This document shows positions 9,068 through 25,960 of a stretch of DNA of 64,000 nt, one piece after another (the stretch's first letter is position 1; each line of letters begins with the position of its first letter). Made by a program: the position numbers and the translations under genes. The DNA is taken from NCBI GenBank assembly GCA_044344255.1, contig JBIJDH010000016.1:1-64000 (forward strand). Reading direction: 5' to 3'. The notes under the pieces were generated by a model that was given only the letters and a program-made list of their open reading frames with translations, searched no databases and was not told where the DNA came from. Source of the DNA: Myxococcota bacterium. Lineage in GTDB: Bacteria; Myxococcota_A; UBA796; UBA2385.

Positions 9068-11413
9068 TCACTCCCACTCCCCCCCCGGCCCCCCATACGC
9101 CCCCACGTCGGCACGACTGCCATCGGCGTCGCTCTCCGCCGGGTCGCCCGCGTCAATCAGGGGCGACCCGCTCGCGAGGTGGAGGTCCCAGCCTGCGGCG
9201 TCGCCTGAGTGGTTGACATAGTCGGGATCGGCGGTCTGGTTGCCCTCCCAGCCGTCGATGTCGGCGTCGGCGTAGTCGCCGTCGACGAGGTGGAAGGCGT
9301 ACTCCGCGTCGGGCCCGTTTTGGAACCAGTTGGAGTGGCGGATGGAGGCCGTGGGCGGCGTCGAAGCGTAGTCCTCCGCGAAGATCGCGCCCGCGCCGGC
9401 CAGGGGGGCCTCGTTGTCGTCGACGGAGCAGCTCTCGACGGTGAGGCTGGTGCCGTCGCCGAGGAAGAAGGCGCCTGCGCGGGCCTCGGTGAAGCGGTTC
9501 CCGGAGAGGACGGCGTATTGGAAGCGCGCGGTGGCGCCCGAGGTGAGGGAGACGGGGCCGTCCGCGCAGCCCCCCTCGCAGGTGTTCTGGGCGATGATGA
9601 GGTTCTCCGCCTGCACGGCGGTGCTGCTGCGGAAGGACAGGAGTCCGGTGCCGCTGCAGGGGAGGGCGCCGGCGGTGATAGAGTTTCCGACGATAGAGGT
9701 CTGCTCGAGGTGGACGTCGCCATAGAGCGAGAGGCCGTGGTCGCAGGCCCCGGTGAGCTCGTTGTCGGAGATGTCGAGGCCGATGAGGCGGAGGGTGTCG
9801 AGCTCGGAGAGGCCGAAGCCTGCCGACAGGAGGCTCAGCCCCGTGTCTACGCCTTCTGGCATGACGGCGAGGCTGAAGCGGTTGCCGTGGAGGGCGCTGT
9901 TCGACCAGTCCACAACGCCCTGGCCGTAGAAGCCGAAGATGCCGGTGAGCTGGAGGTAGGTGAAGTCGTAGTAGATGTCGAGAGGCTCGACGATGATGCG
10001 GGCCTCGTTGTCCGTGACGTCGACGCCGTCGAGGCTCACGGTCGGGATGTCGCCCTCGAGGGTCTCGGTCACGTGCAGGACGCCGCGGAGATCAGCGCCC
10101 CCGATCCGGAAGGTGGTCGCGGTGCCGCTCTCGGAGAGCAGCTCGTTGTGGTCGATCTGCACGTCGGAGAGCGTGCTCGTGCCCCCGGCGAGGCGGACGA
10201 GGCCGTAGACGGTCGGGTTGGCGGAGTCGAAGTACTGGAGGTTCACCGTGTTGGCGCCGACACGGCCGCCCTGCCAGTCGAGGTCCGTCCGCTCGGCGGA
10301 GAAGAGGGGGCCGAAGAGGTCGAGCAGCGCGCCCTCGGCGGTGGGCGGAGAGGGCTGGAGGACGTTGCCCTCGATGAAGAGGTCTGTGATCGACACCGTG
10401 GAGTCGTTGAGCTGCACGAGGTTGAGGGGCACGGGACAGGCCGTGCAGCGCACCTCGTTCACGGTGACGTCGTCGAGGTGGAGGGTCGCGAAGCTCGCCC
10501 GGAGCACGTTGGCGCTGCTGTCGGAGGTGGTGCGCAAGACGAGGTTTCGCAGCGTGATGTCGGAGCCCGTGAGCACCTGGACCGCGGGAGAGCTTGGGCT
10601 CGCGAGGATGACCTCACTCGCAGCGAGCGCCCCCTCCAAGGTGAGCGTGCGGCCGCTGATGTAGAGGTCTTCTTCGTAGGTGCCGGGCTCGATGCAGAGG
10701 GTGGCGCCGTCTGGCGCAGCGTCGATGGCCTCCTCGATCGTGGGGTAGTCCGCGGGCACGCGCCACTCCCCGTCCACGAAGCCGTCGCAGTCGTTGTCCT
10801 GGCCGTCGCAGCGCTCGAGGCCGTCCGGAGAGACCGCGGGGTCGCCGTCGTGGCAGTCCCCGGCGATGGACACGGTGCCCGCTGGCGCCACACAGGCGGT
10901 GTACGACTCGGCGGGATCGCCGTAGCCGTCCCCGTCTCCGTCTGCGTACCAGGTGGATTGATCGACGGCGTCGTCGGCGAAGGTGTCCTCGTCGATGTCG
11001 CCGTCGCAGTCGTCATCGACGCCCACGGTGGCGCACAGCTCGTCTGCCCCAGGGTGGACGGCGGCGTCTTCGTCGTCGCAGTCGCCGCCGGTGGTGACGG
11101 AGCCCGCGGGCGGCGCGCAGGCCTGGCCCGTGGGGCTCTCTCCGGCGCCGACCCCGTCGCCGTCGCTGTCGGCGTACCACTGGACGGCGCCCGCGGCCTC
11201 GTCCCCGTCGATGACCTCGTCGCAGTCGTCGTCTACGCCGTTGCAGGCCTCCTCGGCGGAGGGGCTCACGGCGGCGTCGAGGTCATCACAGTCGCCCGAG
11301 GCGCGGGTGTAGCCGTCGCCGTCCCAGTCCTCGGGGAAGGTGCAGGCGCCGAGGGCGGTGCACAGCGTGGCGCAGACGAGCACCAGCAGGTGAGGGCGAG
11401 GGGGGGATCCCAC
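9068..11413 (-). CDS. Lipoprotein with putative metal-binding (MopE-like) Cys/Asp repeats and a right-handed beta-helix passenger
   Basis: Lipobox ALGAC. Three DCDDxDxxVxPxAxExCxGxDxDCDG-type repeats. VPADYPTIEEAIDAA...PGTY beta-helix cap. C-terminal DLHLASGSPLIDAGDP...DVGAYGG. GTG start at 11413 inferred. Confidence 0.8.
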   Translation of the reverse strand: MGSPPRPHLLVLVCATLCTALGACTFPEDWDGDGYTRASGDCDDLDAAVSPSAEEACNGVDDDCDEVIDGDEAAGAVQWYADSDGDGVGAGESPTGQACAPPAGSVTTGGDCDDEDAAVHPGADELCATVGVDDDCDGDIDEDTFADDAVDQSTWYADGDGDGYGDPAESYTACVAPAGTVSIAGDCHDGDPAVSPDGLERCDGQDNDCDGFVDGEWRVPADYPTIEEAIDAAPDGATLCIEPGTYEEDLYISGRTLTLEGALAASEVILASPSSPAVQVLTGSDITLRNLVLRTTSDSSANVLRASFATLHLDDVTVNEVRCTACPVPLNLVQLNDSTVSITDLFIEGNVLQPSPPTAEGALLDLFGPLFSAERTDLDWQGGRVGANTVNLQYFDSANPTVYGLVRLAGGTSTLSDVQIDHNELLSESGTATTFRIGGADLRGVLHVTETLEGDIPTVSLDGVDVTDNEARIIVEPLDIYYDFTYLQLTGIFGFYGQGVVDWSNSALHGNRFSLAVMPEGVDTGLSLLSAGFGLSELDTLRLIGLDISDNELTGACDHGLSLYGDVHLEQTSIVGNSITAGALPCSGTGLLSFRSSTAVQAENLIIAQNTCEGGCADGPVSLTSGATARFQYAVLSGNRFTEARAGAFFLGDGTSLTVESCSVDDNEAPLAGAGAIFAEDYASTPPTASIRHSNWFQNGPDAEYAFHLVDGDYADADIDGWEGNQTADPDYVNHSGDAAGWDLHLASGSPLIDAGDPAESDADGSRADVGAYGGPGGEWE

Positions 11414-11518
11414 GTTGCGCTCCAGGTCGATCGATGAGCCGCGGATTGTACCGCGGCGAAGGTGGCTGGTGTCGGGCCGCCGCTCGTCATACGATGCGCG
11501 AGACTCGCCAGGAGCCCG

Positions 11519-13159
11519 ATGCGACAAGAACTTCCATCCAGCCTGCCGGAGGAGCGGTATCACTTCATCCGTCCGCTGGGCGCAGGGGGCATGGCGAGCG
11601 TATGGCTGGCCTTTGATCGTCGCTTTGAGGTGACACGCGCGGTGAAGCTACTGAGCCCAGCGCTGGCTTCGCACCCCTCGGCGCGGCAGCGTTTTGTGCG
11701 CGAGGCCCAGGTGATGGCGCGGCTCCAGCACCCCAACGTCGTCGTCGTGCACGACTTCGGGGATGAGGCGGGCGCGGCGTGGATCGTGATGGAGCACCTC
11801 GTCGGGGGGAGCCTCGAGTCCTGGGTGCTGCGGAACGGCCCTGTCCCGCCGCGGCGGCTCTGCGAGATCGTGCGCGGCGTGCTGGGCGCGCTCTCGCTCG
11901 CCCATGAACAGGGCGTGATTCACCGCGACATCAAGCCTGGGAACCTGCTCATCGCCCGAGGCGGCGTCGTCAAGCTGGCCGACTTCGGCATCGCGCGGGT
12001 GGCCATCACCGAGACCCCGCTCACCCAGACGGGCATGGGGATGGGCACCGAGCGCTTCATGGCGCCAGAGCAGCTCGCCGACGCCAGTCGGGTGGGCCCC
12101 CCCGCCGACGTGTTCGCGCTCGGCGCCACGCTCTTCGCGCTGGCCACGGGCCGGAGCCCGCAGGGCATCTACTCCGAGGAGGCGCGGCCAGAGATGGGCG
12201 CCCTCTTGCCGCCCGCCCTCCGCGAGGTCGTCTTCCGGGCGACCCGCTACCTCGCGGCGAACCGCTATCAGAGCACCGAGGAGATGGACCGCGCCATCGC
12301 CCTCGCGATGGAGCAGCTCCCCGACGATCCCGAAGGGGGGCCGCCGCTCGATGATGGCGCCGCCGAGGGTGAGGCCGCGGCGCTCCCCTCGACCGGCCCC
12401 GCGCTGCGCGGGGGGGCGGCGACCTTCCTCCCCGAGGGCCACTTCAGCCCGATGGGAACGACCGGCGGCGCGGCCACCTTCCCGCCGAGGCCGGTCGGCC
12501 CGAGCTCGGAGACGACCTTACCCCCCTCCGTCCTGGACCTCTCGCCGCGAACGCGGGAGGTGTCCCCGGCGCCCGCCAGCCTGGTGTCGGAGCCCCGCCC
12601 CACCCGCCTCGCTGTGCTCGGCCTGGTCGCGGTGCTCGCCGCGGTCTGCCTGGGGCTGGGCGTCGGCTTCGGGCTGCGCGGGGGCGGCACCGCCGAGGCG
12701 GAGCCCATCGTCGAGGCAGAGATCGCCCGCCCACCGGTGTCTCCGGTGGCGGAGCCCGCCGCTGCCGTCGAGCCCGCCGCTGCGCTTGTGCCCGCCGCGG
12801 CCGTCGAGCCCGCCGCCGCCGTCGAGCCCCCCGCAGGCGCCCAGGCTGCGCCCGAGAGGGGCGCCGGCGCGAGGGCTCCGGCCACCAAGGCCGCGGGGGC
12901 TCCCTCTGCGGGCACCCAGGCCGCGGGCGCGAAGGCTTCCGTGCTCATCAACATGGTGCCGTCGGGAGAGATCCAGCTCAAAGGGGGAGAGGTGAAGAGC
13001 AGCCCCTGGCGCGGCGAGGCCCCGGTGGGCCGCCAGACCTTCACGCTCCGCAGCCACGATGGGCGGGAGAAGACGCTCACGGTCGAGGTCAAGGCCGACG
13101 GCAGCACCTCCCGCTGCTGGGACTTCGAGCTCGGTGCGGCCTGCGGAGCAGAGCCGTGA
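11519..13159 (+). CDS. Membrane-anchored Hanks-type Ser/Thr protein kinase
   Basis: GAGGMASV, AVK, HRDIKPGN, DFG, APE. Then TM LAVLGLVAVLAAVCLGLGVGF, an Ala/Pro linker and a short beta-rich C-domain. Start reassigned to ATG 11519. Confidence 0.93.
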   Translation: MRQELPSSLPEERYHFIRPLGAGGMASVWLAFDRRFEVTRAVKLLSPALASHPSARQRFVREAQVMARLQHPNVVVVHDFGDEAGAAWIVMEHLVGGSLESWVLRNGPVPPRRLCEIVRGVLGALSLAHEQGVIHRDIKPGNLLIARGGVVKLADFGIARVAITETPLTQTGMGMGTERFMAPEQLADASRVGPPADVFALGATLFALATGRSPQGIYSEEARPEMGALLPPALREVVFRATRYLAANRYQSTEEMDRAIALAMEQLPDDPEGGPPLDDGAAEGEAAALPSTGPALRGGAATFLPEGHFSPMGTTGGAATFPPRPVGPSSETTLPPSVLDLSPRTREVSPAPASLVSEPRPTRLAVLGLVAVLAAVCLGLGVGFGLRGGGTAEAEPIVEAEIARPPVSPVAEPAAAVEPAAALVPAAAVEPAAAVEPPAGAQAAPERGAGARAPATKAAGAPSAGTQAAGAKASVLINMVPSGEIQLKGGEVKSSPWRGEAPVGRQTFTLRSHDGREKTLTVEVKADGSTSRCWDFELGAACGAEP

Positions 13160-14397
13160 GGTCTGGTCGCCGCGCCCCGTGCCATCGCGCCACCTCCCTC
13201 GCCGCGCTCGACGACTTTGGCCTTCTCTCCCTGCTCGGCGCGTTCGCCGTGGTGCTGGCGCCTTGGCGCGCGGAGGCCGCCCCGCTCGTCTACGAGGGGG
13301 TCTCTGCCGAAGAGGCCGTGGCCCGGGTGCAGGCGATCGAGCCGGGGGCGGCGCTGGAGCCCCTGCCGTGGTCCGAGCTGCTCCGCGGTCGGGGCCCGAG
13401 CCTGCTCGGAGGGGGCGGCTGGAGCCCCTGCGCCGGGGCGCCCACCACCGCGCTGCGCCTCTCCGACGCCGTGGCCCGCGCCCGAAAGGCGCTCGATTAC
13501 GTGCGGATCGCGGAGGCCCGCCTCGCCCTCGACGACGCGACGGCCGCGCTCGGCTGCCTCACCGAGACCCCGGGGCGGGCCGCGGTGGCGCAGGTGGACT
13601 ACCTGCGAGGGGTCGCCGCCGCCCTCGACGGTGACCTCGAGGGGGCCCGCCTCGCCTTCGGGGCCGCGCTCCGGCTCGATCCCGACCTCCGCTGGGACCT
13701 CCGCTACTCCCCTGACCCGGGTGAGCGCCTGCTGCGGGAGGCCCGCGAGGCCCTGCCGCCGGGGGTGGCGTTGACCCTCTGGCCTCCCCAGCCGTCGGGG
13801 CTGTGGATCGACGGTGAGCCGGTGGCGACGGGCCTCCTCCGCCTGCATCCGGGTCGGCACCTCCTCCAGGGCGCCGCGACGGGCGGGAGCGCGGGCTGGC
13901 TCGAGCTCCCGACCGACCTCACAGCCACCCTCCTCCTGCCCGCGGAGGCCGAGGGCGACCTCGGCGACCTCGGGGACGCGGGTGGCCGAGGGGCGGCGAT
14001 CCCGGGCCTGCTCGCCGCGGCGGCGCCTGCGGGGAGCGCCGTCTATGTCGTCGCCGGCCCCCACGTCTGGAGGGGTGTCACGGGCGGCGTCGAGTGGGCG
14101 CCCCTCCGGCCGGCGGTCAAGGTCGCCCTCCCCGTTGCCCCGCCGCCGCCCCGAGGCCGAGCCCTCGTCTGGTCGGGCGCCGGGCTGCTCGCCGCAGGCG
14201 GCCTCGCGACGGGCGCGTATGCGCTGCTCGCCGCGCAGGCGGTCGGGACCTGTGAGGAGGCCATCGGCCGGGATCCCGGGGCCTGCGGAGACGCCGAGGC
14301 GCAGCACGCCGCGGCCCTCGGCGCCATCCCGTGGACCGCCGCCGTGGGGGGCGCGGGCCTCGTGCTGGGCGGGGTCGGCGTCGTCATTCGGCGCTGA
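13156..14397 (+). CDS. Exported TPR-like protein with PEGA-like domain and C-terminal TM hairpin
   Basis: Signal-like N-terminus, LGCLTE...AFGAALRLDP helical repeat, LWIDGEP...LHPGRHLLQ, two C-terminal hydrophobic segments. GTGA overlap with the kinase. Confidence 0.7.
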   Translation: MRSGRRAPCHRATSLAALDDFGLLSLLGAFAVVLAPWRAEAAPLVYEGVSAEEAVARVQAIEPGAALEPLPWSELLRGRGPSLLGGGGWSPCAGAPTTALRLSDAVARARKALDYVRIAEARLALDDATAALGCLTETPGRAAVAQVDYLRGVAAALDGDLEGARLAFGAALRLDPDLRWDLRYSPDPGERLLREAREALPPGVALTLWPPQPSGLWIDGEPVATGLLRLHPGRHLLQGAATGGSAGWLELPTDLTATLLLPAEAEGDLGDLGDAGGRGAAIPGLLAAAAPAGSAVYVVAGPHVWRGVTGGVEWAPLRPAVKVALPVAPPPPRGRALVWSGAGLLAAGGLATGAYALLAAQAVGTCEEAIGRDPGACGDAEAQHAAALGAIPWTAAVGGAGLVLGGVGVVIRR

Positions 14398-14484
14398 GCT
14401 CGGCCGGGAGGCCCTCAGGCGGCGGCGCGGCGGTGGCGACCCGGCCGGCCCCGTGGCATGTAGGCCGAGCTCCCTGGAGACCCC

Positions 14485-16167
14485 GTGCGCACCCTGACCC
14501 TCACCTGCGGCCTGTCCCCTTACGCCTTGCTCGTCCTCTGCGCCTGCGGAGGTGGCGGCGGCGGCGGAAAGGGCGGCGAGGGGGATGGGAGTGACGGCGG
14601 CGATGGCGGCGATGGCGGCGATGGCGGCGATGGCGGCGATGGCGGAGGCGAGCCCGCCTGCACCGCGAGCGGCTTCGCCCAGTCGGCGACCGAGTGGAGC
14701 CTCCCGCCCGAGTCTCAGAAATACGTGACCCAGTGGGGCTACACCGCCAACGCCCTCACCGAGAAGTGTCAGTCCGGGGACCCCAACGAGGGCTACTTCA
14801 AGTCCACGCTGCTCGACCTCACGGGGGACGGCCGCGCCGATCTCGTCGTCACCCGCGACCAGTGCACCGACGACGAGGTGGGCAACTCGATCTGGCTCGT
14901 CTATGAGAACACGGGCTCCGCGTTCGCCGACAGCTCGACCGAGTGGGGCCTTCCGCCCGAGTCCCAGAAGTACACCGAGCTGTGGGCAGACGTCTCCACC
15001 GCCCAGACAGAGAAGTGCCAGTCGGGAGACCCCACGGAGGGCTACTTCCGCTCCACCCTCCTCGATCTCACCGGCGACGGGAAGCCCGATCTGGTCGTGA
15101 CCCGCGATGAGTGCACCGACGACGAGATCGGCAACTCCTATTGGCTGGTCTATGAGAACACGGGCTCGGAGTTCGCCGACACGGCGACCGAGTGGAGCCT
15201 GCCGCCGGAGTCCCAGAAATACACCGAGCAGTGGATGGACATCTACACCTCGCAGACCGAGAAGTGCCAGTCGGGTGACCCCACCGAGGGCTTCTTCCGC
15301 TCGACGCTGCTCGACCTCTCGGGAGACGGTCGGCCCGACATCGTCGTCACCCGCGATGAGTGTACGAGCGACGAGATCGGAAATTCGATCTGGATGGTCT
15401 ACGAGAACGAGGGGGACGGCTTCTCCAGCACGCCGATCCCCTGGGGCCTGCCGCCGGAGTCACAGAAGTACGTCGAGACCTGGCAGGACGTCGCTTCGGC
15501 CCAAACCGAGAAGTGCCAGTCTGGCGAGCCGAACGAGGGCTACTTCCGCGCCTCGCTGCTCGACCTCACCGGGGACGGCGCCGCCGACATCGTCGTGACC
15601 CGCGACGAGTGCAGCGACGACGAGGTCGGAAACTCGATCTGGTATGTCTATGAGAACAACGGCACCGGCTTCTCGGAGAGCCCGACCGAGTGGGCGCTCC
15701 CGCCCGAGCCCCAGAAGTATGTCGAGACCTGGCAGGACGTCTATTACGGCGGCACCGAGAAGTGCGCCGACGGCGACCCGAACGAGGGCTACGTCTACGC
15801 CACGACCCTCGACCTCACCGCCGACGGGCTGCCCGACGTGGTCGTCACGACCGACGAGTGCACCGACGAAGAGGCCGGCAATTCCCGGTGGCGGGTCTTT
15901 GAGAACACCGGGAGCGGCTTCGAGTCGTCGAGCCTGGAATTCCCGCTGCCGCCCGAGTCGGTGAAGTACGAGCTCCAATGGGGCCAGCTCTCGAACGCGA
16001 TGACCGCGAAGTGCCAGTCCGGGGATCCGAACGAAGGCTACTTCTGGTCGACCTTGGTCGATCTCAACGGCGACGGCGCCCTCGACATGGTGCTCACCCA
16101 AGACGAGTGCACCGACGAGGACATCGGCAATGGCTGGTGGGAGGTCTTCCTGGCGGACTGCGACTGA
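14485..16167 (+). CDS. Acidic lipoprotein with six 83-aa FG-GAP-like repeats
   Basis: Lipobox LCAC, (GDG)n linker, repeats carrying DLTGDGxxD. Units recur every 249 bp (14692, 14941, 15190, 15439, 15688, 15937). Confidence 0.85.
   Translation: MRTLTLTCGLSPYALLVLCACGGGGGGGKGGEGDGSDGGDGGDGGDGGDGGDGGGEPACTASGFAQSATEWSLPPESQKYVTQWGYTANALTEKCQSGDPNEGYFKSTLLDLTGDGRADLVVTRDQCTDDEVGNSIWLVYENTGSAFADSSTEWGLPPESQKYTELWADVSTAQTEKCQSGDPTEGYFRSTLLDLTGDGKPDLVVTRDECTDDEIGNSYWLVYENTGSEFADTATEWSLPPESQKYTEQWMDIYTSQTEKCQSGDPTEGFFRSTLLDLSGDGRPDIVVTRDECTSDEIGNSIWMVYENEGDGFSSTPIPWGLPPESQKYVETWQDVASAQTEKCQSGEPNEGYFRASLLDLTGDGAADIVVTRDECSDDEVGNSIWYVYENNGTGFSESPTEWALPPEPQKYVETWQDVYYGGTEKCADGDPNEGYVYATTLDLTADGLPDVVVTTDECTDEEAGNSRWRVFENTGSGFESSSLEFPLPPESVKYELQWGQLSNAMTAKCQSGDPNEGYFWSTLVDLNGDGALDMVLTQDECTDEDIGNGWWEVFLADCD
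14596..14643 (+). repeat. 9-bp tandem repeat (GGCGGCGAT) x~5 encoding a Gly-Gly-Asp linker
   Basis: Directly visible in the sequence. Confidence 0.9.
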
Positions 16168-16207
16168 GCGGGGCGCGCCCCTCGCGCGGGAGAGGGGCCG
16201 GGCCCGC
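16168..16207. terminator. GC-rich hairpin between convergent genes
   Basis: GCCCCTC (16177-16183) pairs with GAGGGGC (16192-16198), with outer GCGGG/CCCGC. No U-tract. Confidence 0.3.
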
Positions 16208-16212
16208 CACGG

Positions 16213-17199
16213 TCAGTCGGCGGCGCCGTTCCGCTTGAGCGTCATCCCGCGGTTGCCGACGGCCCAGACGGTGCCGTTGGAGCTCGCGGAGATGGCGTAG
16301 AGGTTGTTGTCGACCCCGGTCGGGAGGTCGGTCCAGGCGGCGCCGTCGTAGTGGGCCGCGAAGCCGCCGCCGCCGACGACGTAGACGTCGGTGTCGCTCA
16401 GCGCGAGGACCGCCCAGAGGGACTGCGCGGTGCCGAGATCAACCGGCGTCCAGGTGGCACCGTCGAAGTGCAGCATCAGGCCGCTCTCGCCGCAGGCCCA
16501 CATGTCGGCGTTCTTCGTGCCGCTCACGCCGTAGAGCCGCAGGCGGCTGTCTTCTTGGGTGACGGTCCAGACACCGTCGGCGTACTTGGCGTGCGTGCCG
16601 TCTTCGCCGACGGCGAAGGCGACGTTGCCGTTGTACCAGACCTTGTTGAAGCGGGGGCTGCCGTCGACGGGGAGGTAGGTCCAGGCGCCGCTCTTGTTCA
16701 TGAACACGCCACCCCAGCCGACCGCCATGAGGTCATTCGAGGCGGGGCCGCTCACGGACTCGAGGTTGGCGGTGCCGATGTCTTCGACCACCCAGGCCCC
16801 GGCCGTCCAAGTGGCGAGGAAGCCGCCGTCGCCCACGGCGACCATCTCGAGGGTGTCGTCGGCGCCCATGCCCCAGAGGCCGTTCAAGTCTTCGCCGTCG
16901 ACCTCGATCGGGATCGGGGCCCACTCTCCGTCCTGGCGCTTGTAGGTCTGGCCCTGCTCGGCGGTGACGAAGAAGCCCGTGCCGGAGGCGTAGGCGCCGG
17001 TCAGCGAGATGGCGGTCTCGAGACGCACATCTTCCCAGGCGACCTCTTCACCGCCGCCGTCGCTGCCGTCTGCGCCGTCCGCGCCGTCTGCGCCGTCGGT
17101 GCCGCCCGCGGTGTCATCGGCCTTGGGTGCGACGGGGCTCTTGCAGGCGACCAGCGCGCCGATCAGCAGGAGGGGTAGGGGGGATGAAGACGGCTTCAT
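16213..17199 (-). CDS. Beta-propeller lipoprotein (YCF48/WD40-like repeats)
   Basis: Lipobox LVAC, DGA linker, about 7 repeats of LxxVxG...xxAVGxxG...xDGxxW. Confidence 0.75.
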   Translation of the reverse strand: MKPSSSPLPLLLIGALVACKSPVAPKADDTAGGTDGADGADGADGSDGGGEEVAWEDVRLETAISLTGAYASGTGFFVTAEQGQTYKRQDGEWAPIPIEVDGEDLNGLWGMGADDTLEMVAVGDGGFLATWTAGAWVVEDIGTANLESVSGPASNDLMAVGWGGVFMNKSGAWTYLPVDGSPRFNKVWYNGNVAFAVGEDGTHAKYADGVWTVTQEDSRLRLYGVSGTKNADMWACGESGLMLHFDGATWTPVDLGTAQSLWAVLALSDTDVYVVGGGGFAAHYDGAAWTDLPTGVDNNLYAISASSNGTVWAVGNRGMTLKRNGAAD

Positions 17200-17309
17200 G
17201 GACACCTCGCGGCGTATGGAACCCGGCCGCCGGCCCTCTTGTCAACCCCTACGGGTCGTCCTTCTCGGGGCCAGGCAGCGGTCAACGGGTCAGATGAGTT
17301 GGGGGAAGC

Positions 17310-24722
<7,413 letters not shown>

Positions 24723-24812
24723 CGGCGCGCAGTCTACCCCTCGCGCCGCGCGCGCGGCAGCGAGGTCAAGCAGAGGTCTTGAGCGCTCGTGGGTGTTCGA
24801 TTAGCCAGCCGC

Positions 24813-25874
24813 ATGTCGAACCCCCTGACCCTCGATCGTCTCTTGCTCGCCCAGATCGCCAAGGACTGGCGAGAGCTCAACGGCTACCTGTTCAAGGGGT
24901 TGATGACCGCGCCGATCTTCTTGCTCCTGGACTCCGAGTCTGCCCTCGGCCGGTGGACCTCCAGCAACCGCACCCTCGCCCTCGCGCGGCGGTTGATCGA
25001 AGATCAGCCCTGGGGGGTGGTCAAGGAGGTCCTCAAGCATGAGATGGCCCACCAGTACTGTGACGAGGTGATGCGGGCGGCCGGCGAGGGCCCGCACGGC
25101 CCCACCTTCAAGAAGGTCTGCGCGGCCCTCGGCATCGACGGCGCCAGCCGCGGCCTCCCGCCCGCGGCGCGCGAGGAGTCCGATGACCGCATCCTGGCGC
25201 GCATCCGGCGCCTGCTCGCCCTCGCCGAGAGCAGCAACGAGCACGAGGCCCAGGCGGCGATGAACGCGGCCCAGCGCCTCATGTTGAAGCACAACATCGA
25301 GCTCGCCACCCAGCAGGGGCAGCGGTACAGCTTCCGCGACCTCGGTCAGCCCACGGGGCGGGTCCAGGCCCACGTCAAGCTGCTGGCCGGGCTGCTCACC
25401 TCCCACTTCTTCGTCCAGGGCGTCTGGGTCGAGTGTTTTGACGCCAAGACCGGCGCCCAGGGCACGGTCTTCGAGGTGATGGGCACCCCCGAGAACGTCG
25501 AGATCGCGGCCTATGTCTACGACTTCATGCTGCTGGCCGCCGAGCGGGCCTGGCAGGAGCACAAGCGAGCCCTGAAGATCCGGGCCGACGCCGACCGCCG
25601 CCGCTTCCTCTCCGGCGTGATGATGGGCTTTCGCGAGAAGCTGGCGGCCCAAAAGGTCAAGGCACAAGAGGAGGGTCTCGTCTGGGTCGGAGACGCAGAC
25701 CTCGACCGCTACCTCCACGCGCGCTTCCCGCGCCTGCAGAGCGGGCGAGGCGTGGAGCTCCGCGGCGGGGCGGCCTACGGCGCGGGCAAAGAGGCGGGTA
25801 AGTCTCTGGTGCTGCACCGAGGGGTCAGCGCTGACGCAGGCGCGCAGGGCCGGATGATCTCGTCGAAGCCCTGA
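24813..25874 (+). CDS. SprT-like zinc metalloprotease domain plus DUF2786-like domain protein
   Basis: HEMAH...HGPTF (SprT-like). ILARIRRLLALAESSNEHEAQAAMNAAQRLMLKHNI (DUF2786-like). ATG at 24813. Confidence 0.8.
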   Translation: MSNPLTLDRLLLAQIAKDWRELNGYLFKGLMTAPIFLLLDSESALGRWTSSNRTLALARRLIEDQPWGVVKEVLKHEMAHQYCDEVMRAAGEGPHGPTFKKVCAALGIDGASRGLPPAAREESDDRILARIRRLLALAESSNEHEAQAAMNAAQRLMLKHNIELATQQGQRYSFRDLGQPTGRVQAHVKLLAGLLTSHFFVQGVWVECFDAKTGAQGTVFEVMGTPENVEIAAYVYDFMLLAAERAWQEHKRALKIRADADRRRFLSGVMMGFREKLAAQKVKAQEEGLVWVGDADLDRYLHARFPRLQSGRGVELRGGAAYGAGKEAGKSLVLHRGVSADAGAQGRMISSKP

Positions 25875-25960
25875 GCCGAGCGGTCCGGGTCCGGGTGGCG
25901 GTGCCCTCGAAGTCACCTTAAGGAGGCGGTTCCGCCCGGCTCGGGCGCCCGAGGACTCCC

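Noticed and set aside
14692..16160. Regular 249-bp repeats as a possible CRISPR or non-coding array
   Set aside because: In-frame protein repeats with synonymous variation. No repeat-spacer structure and no cas genes.
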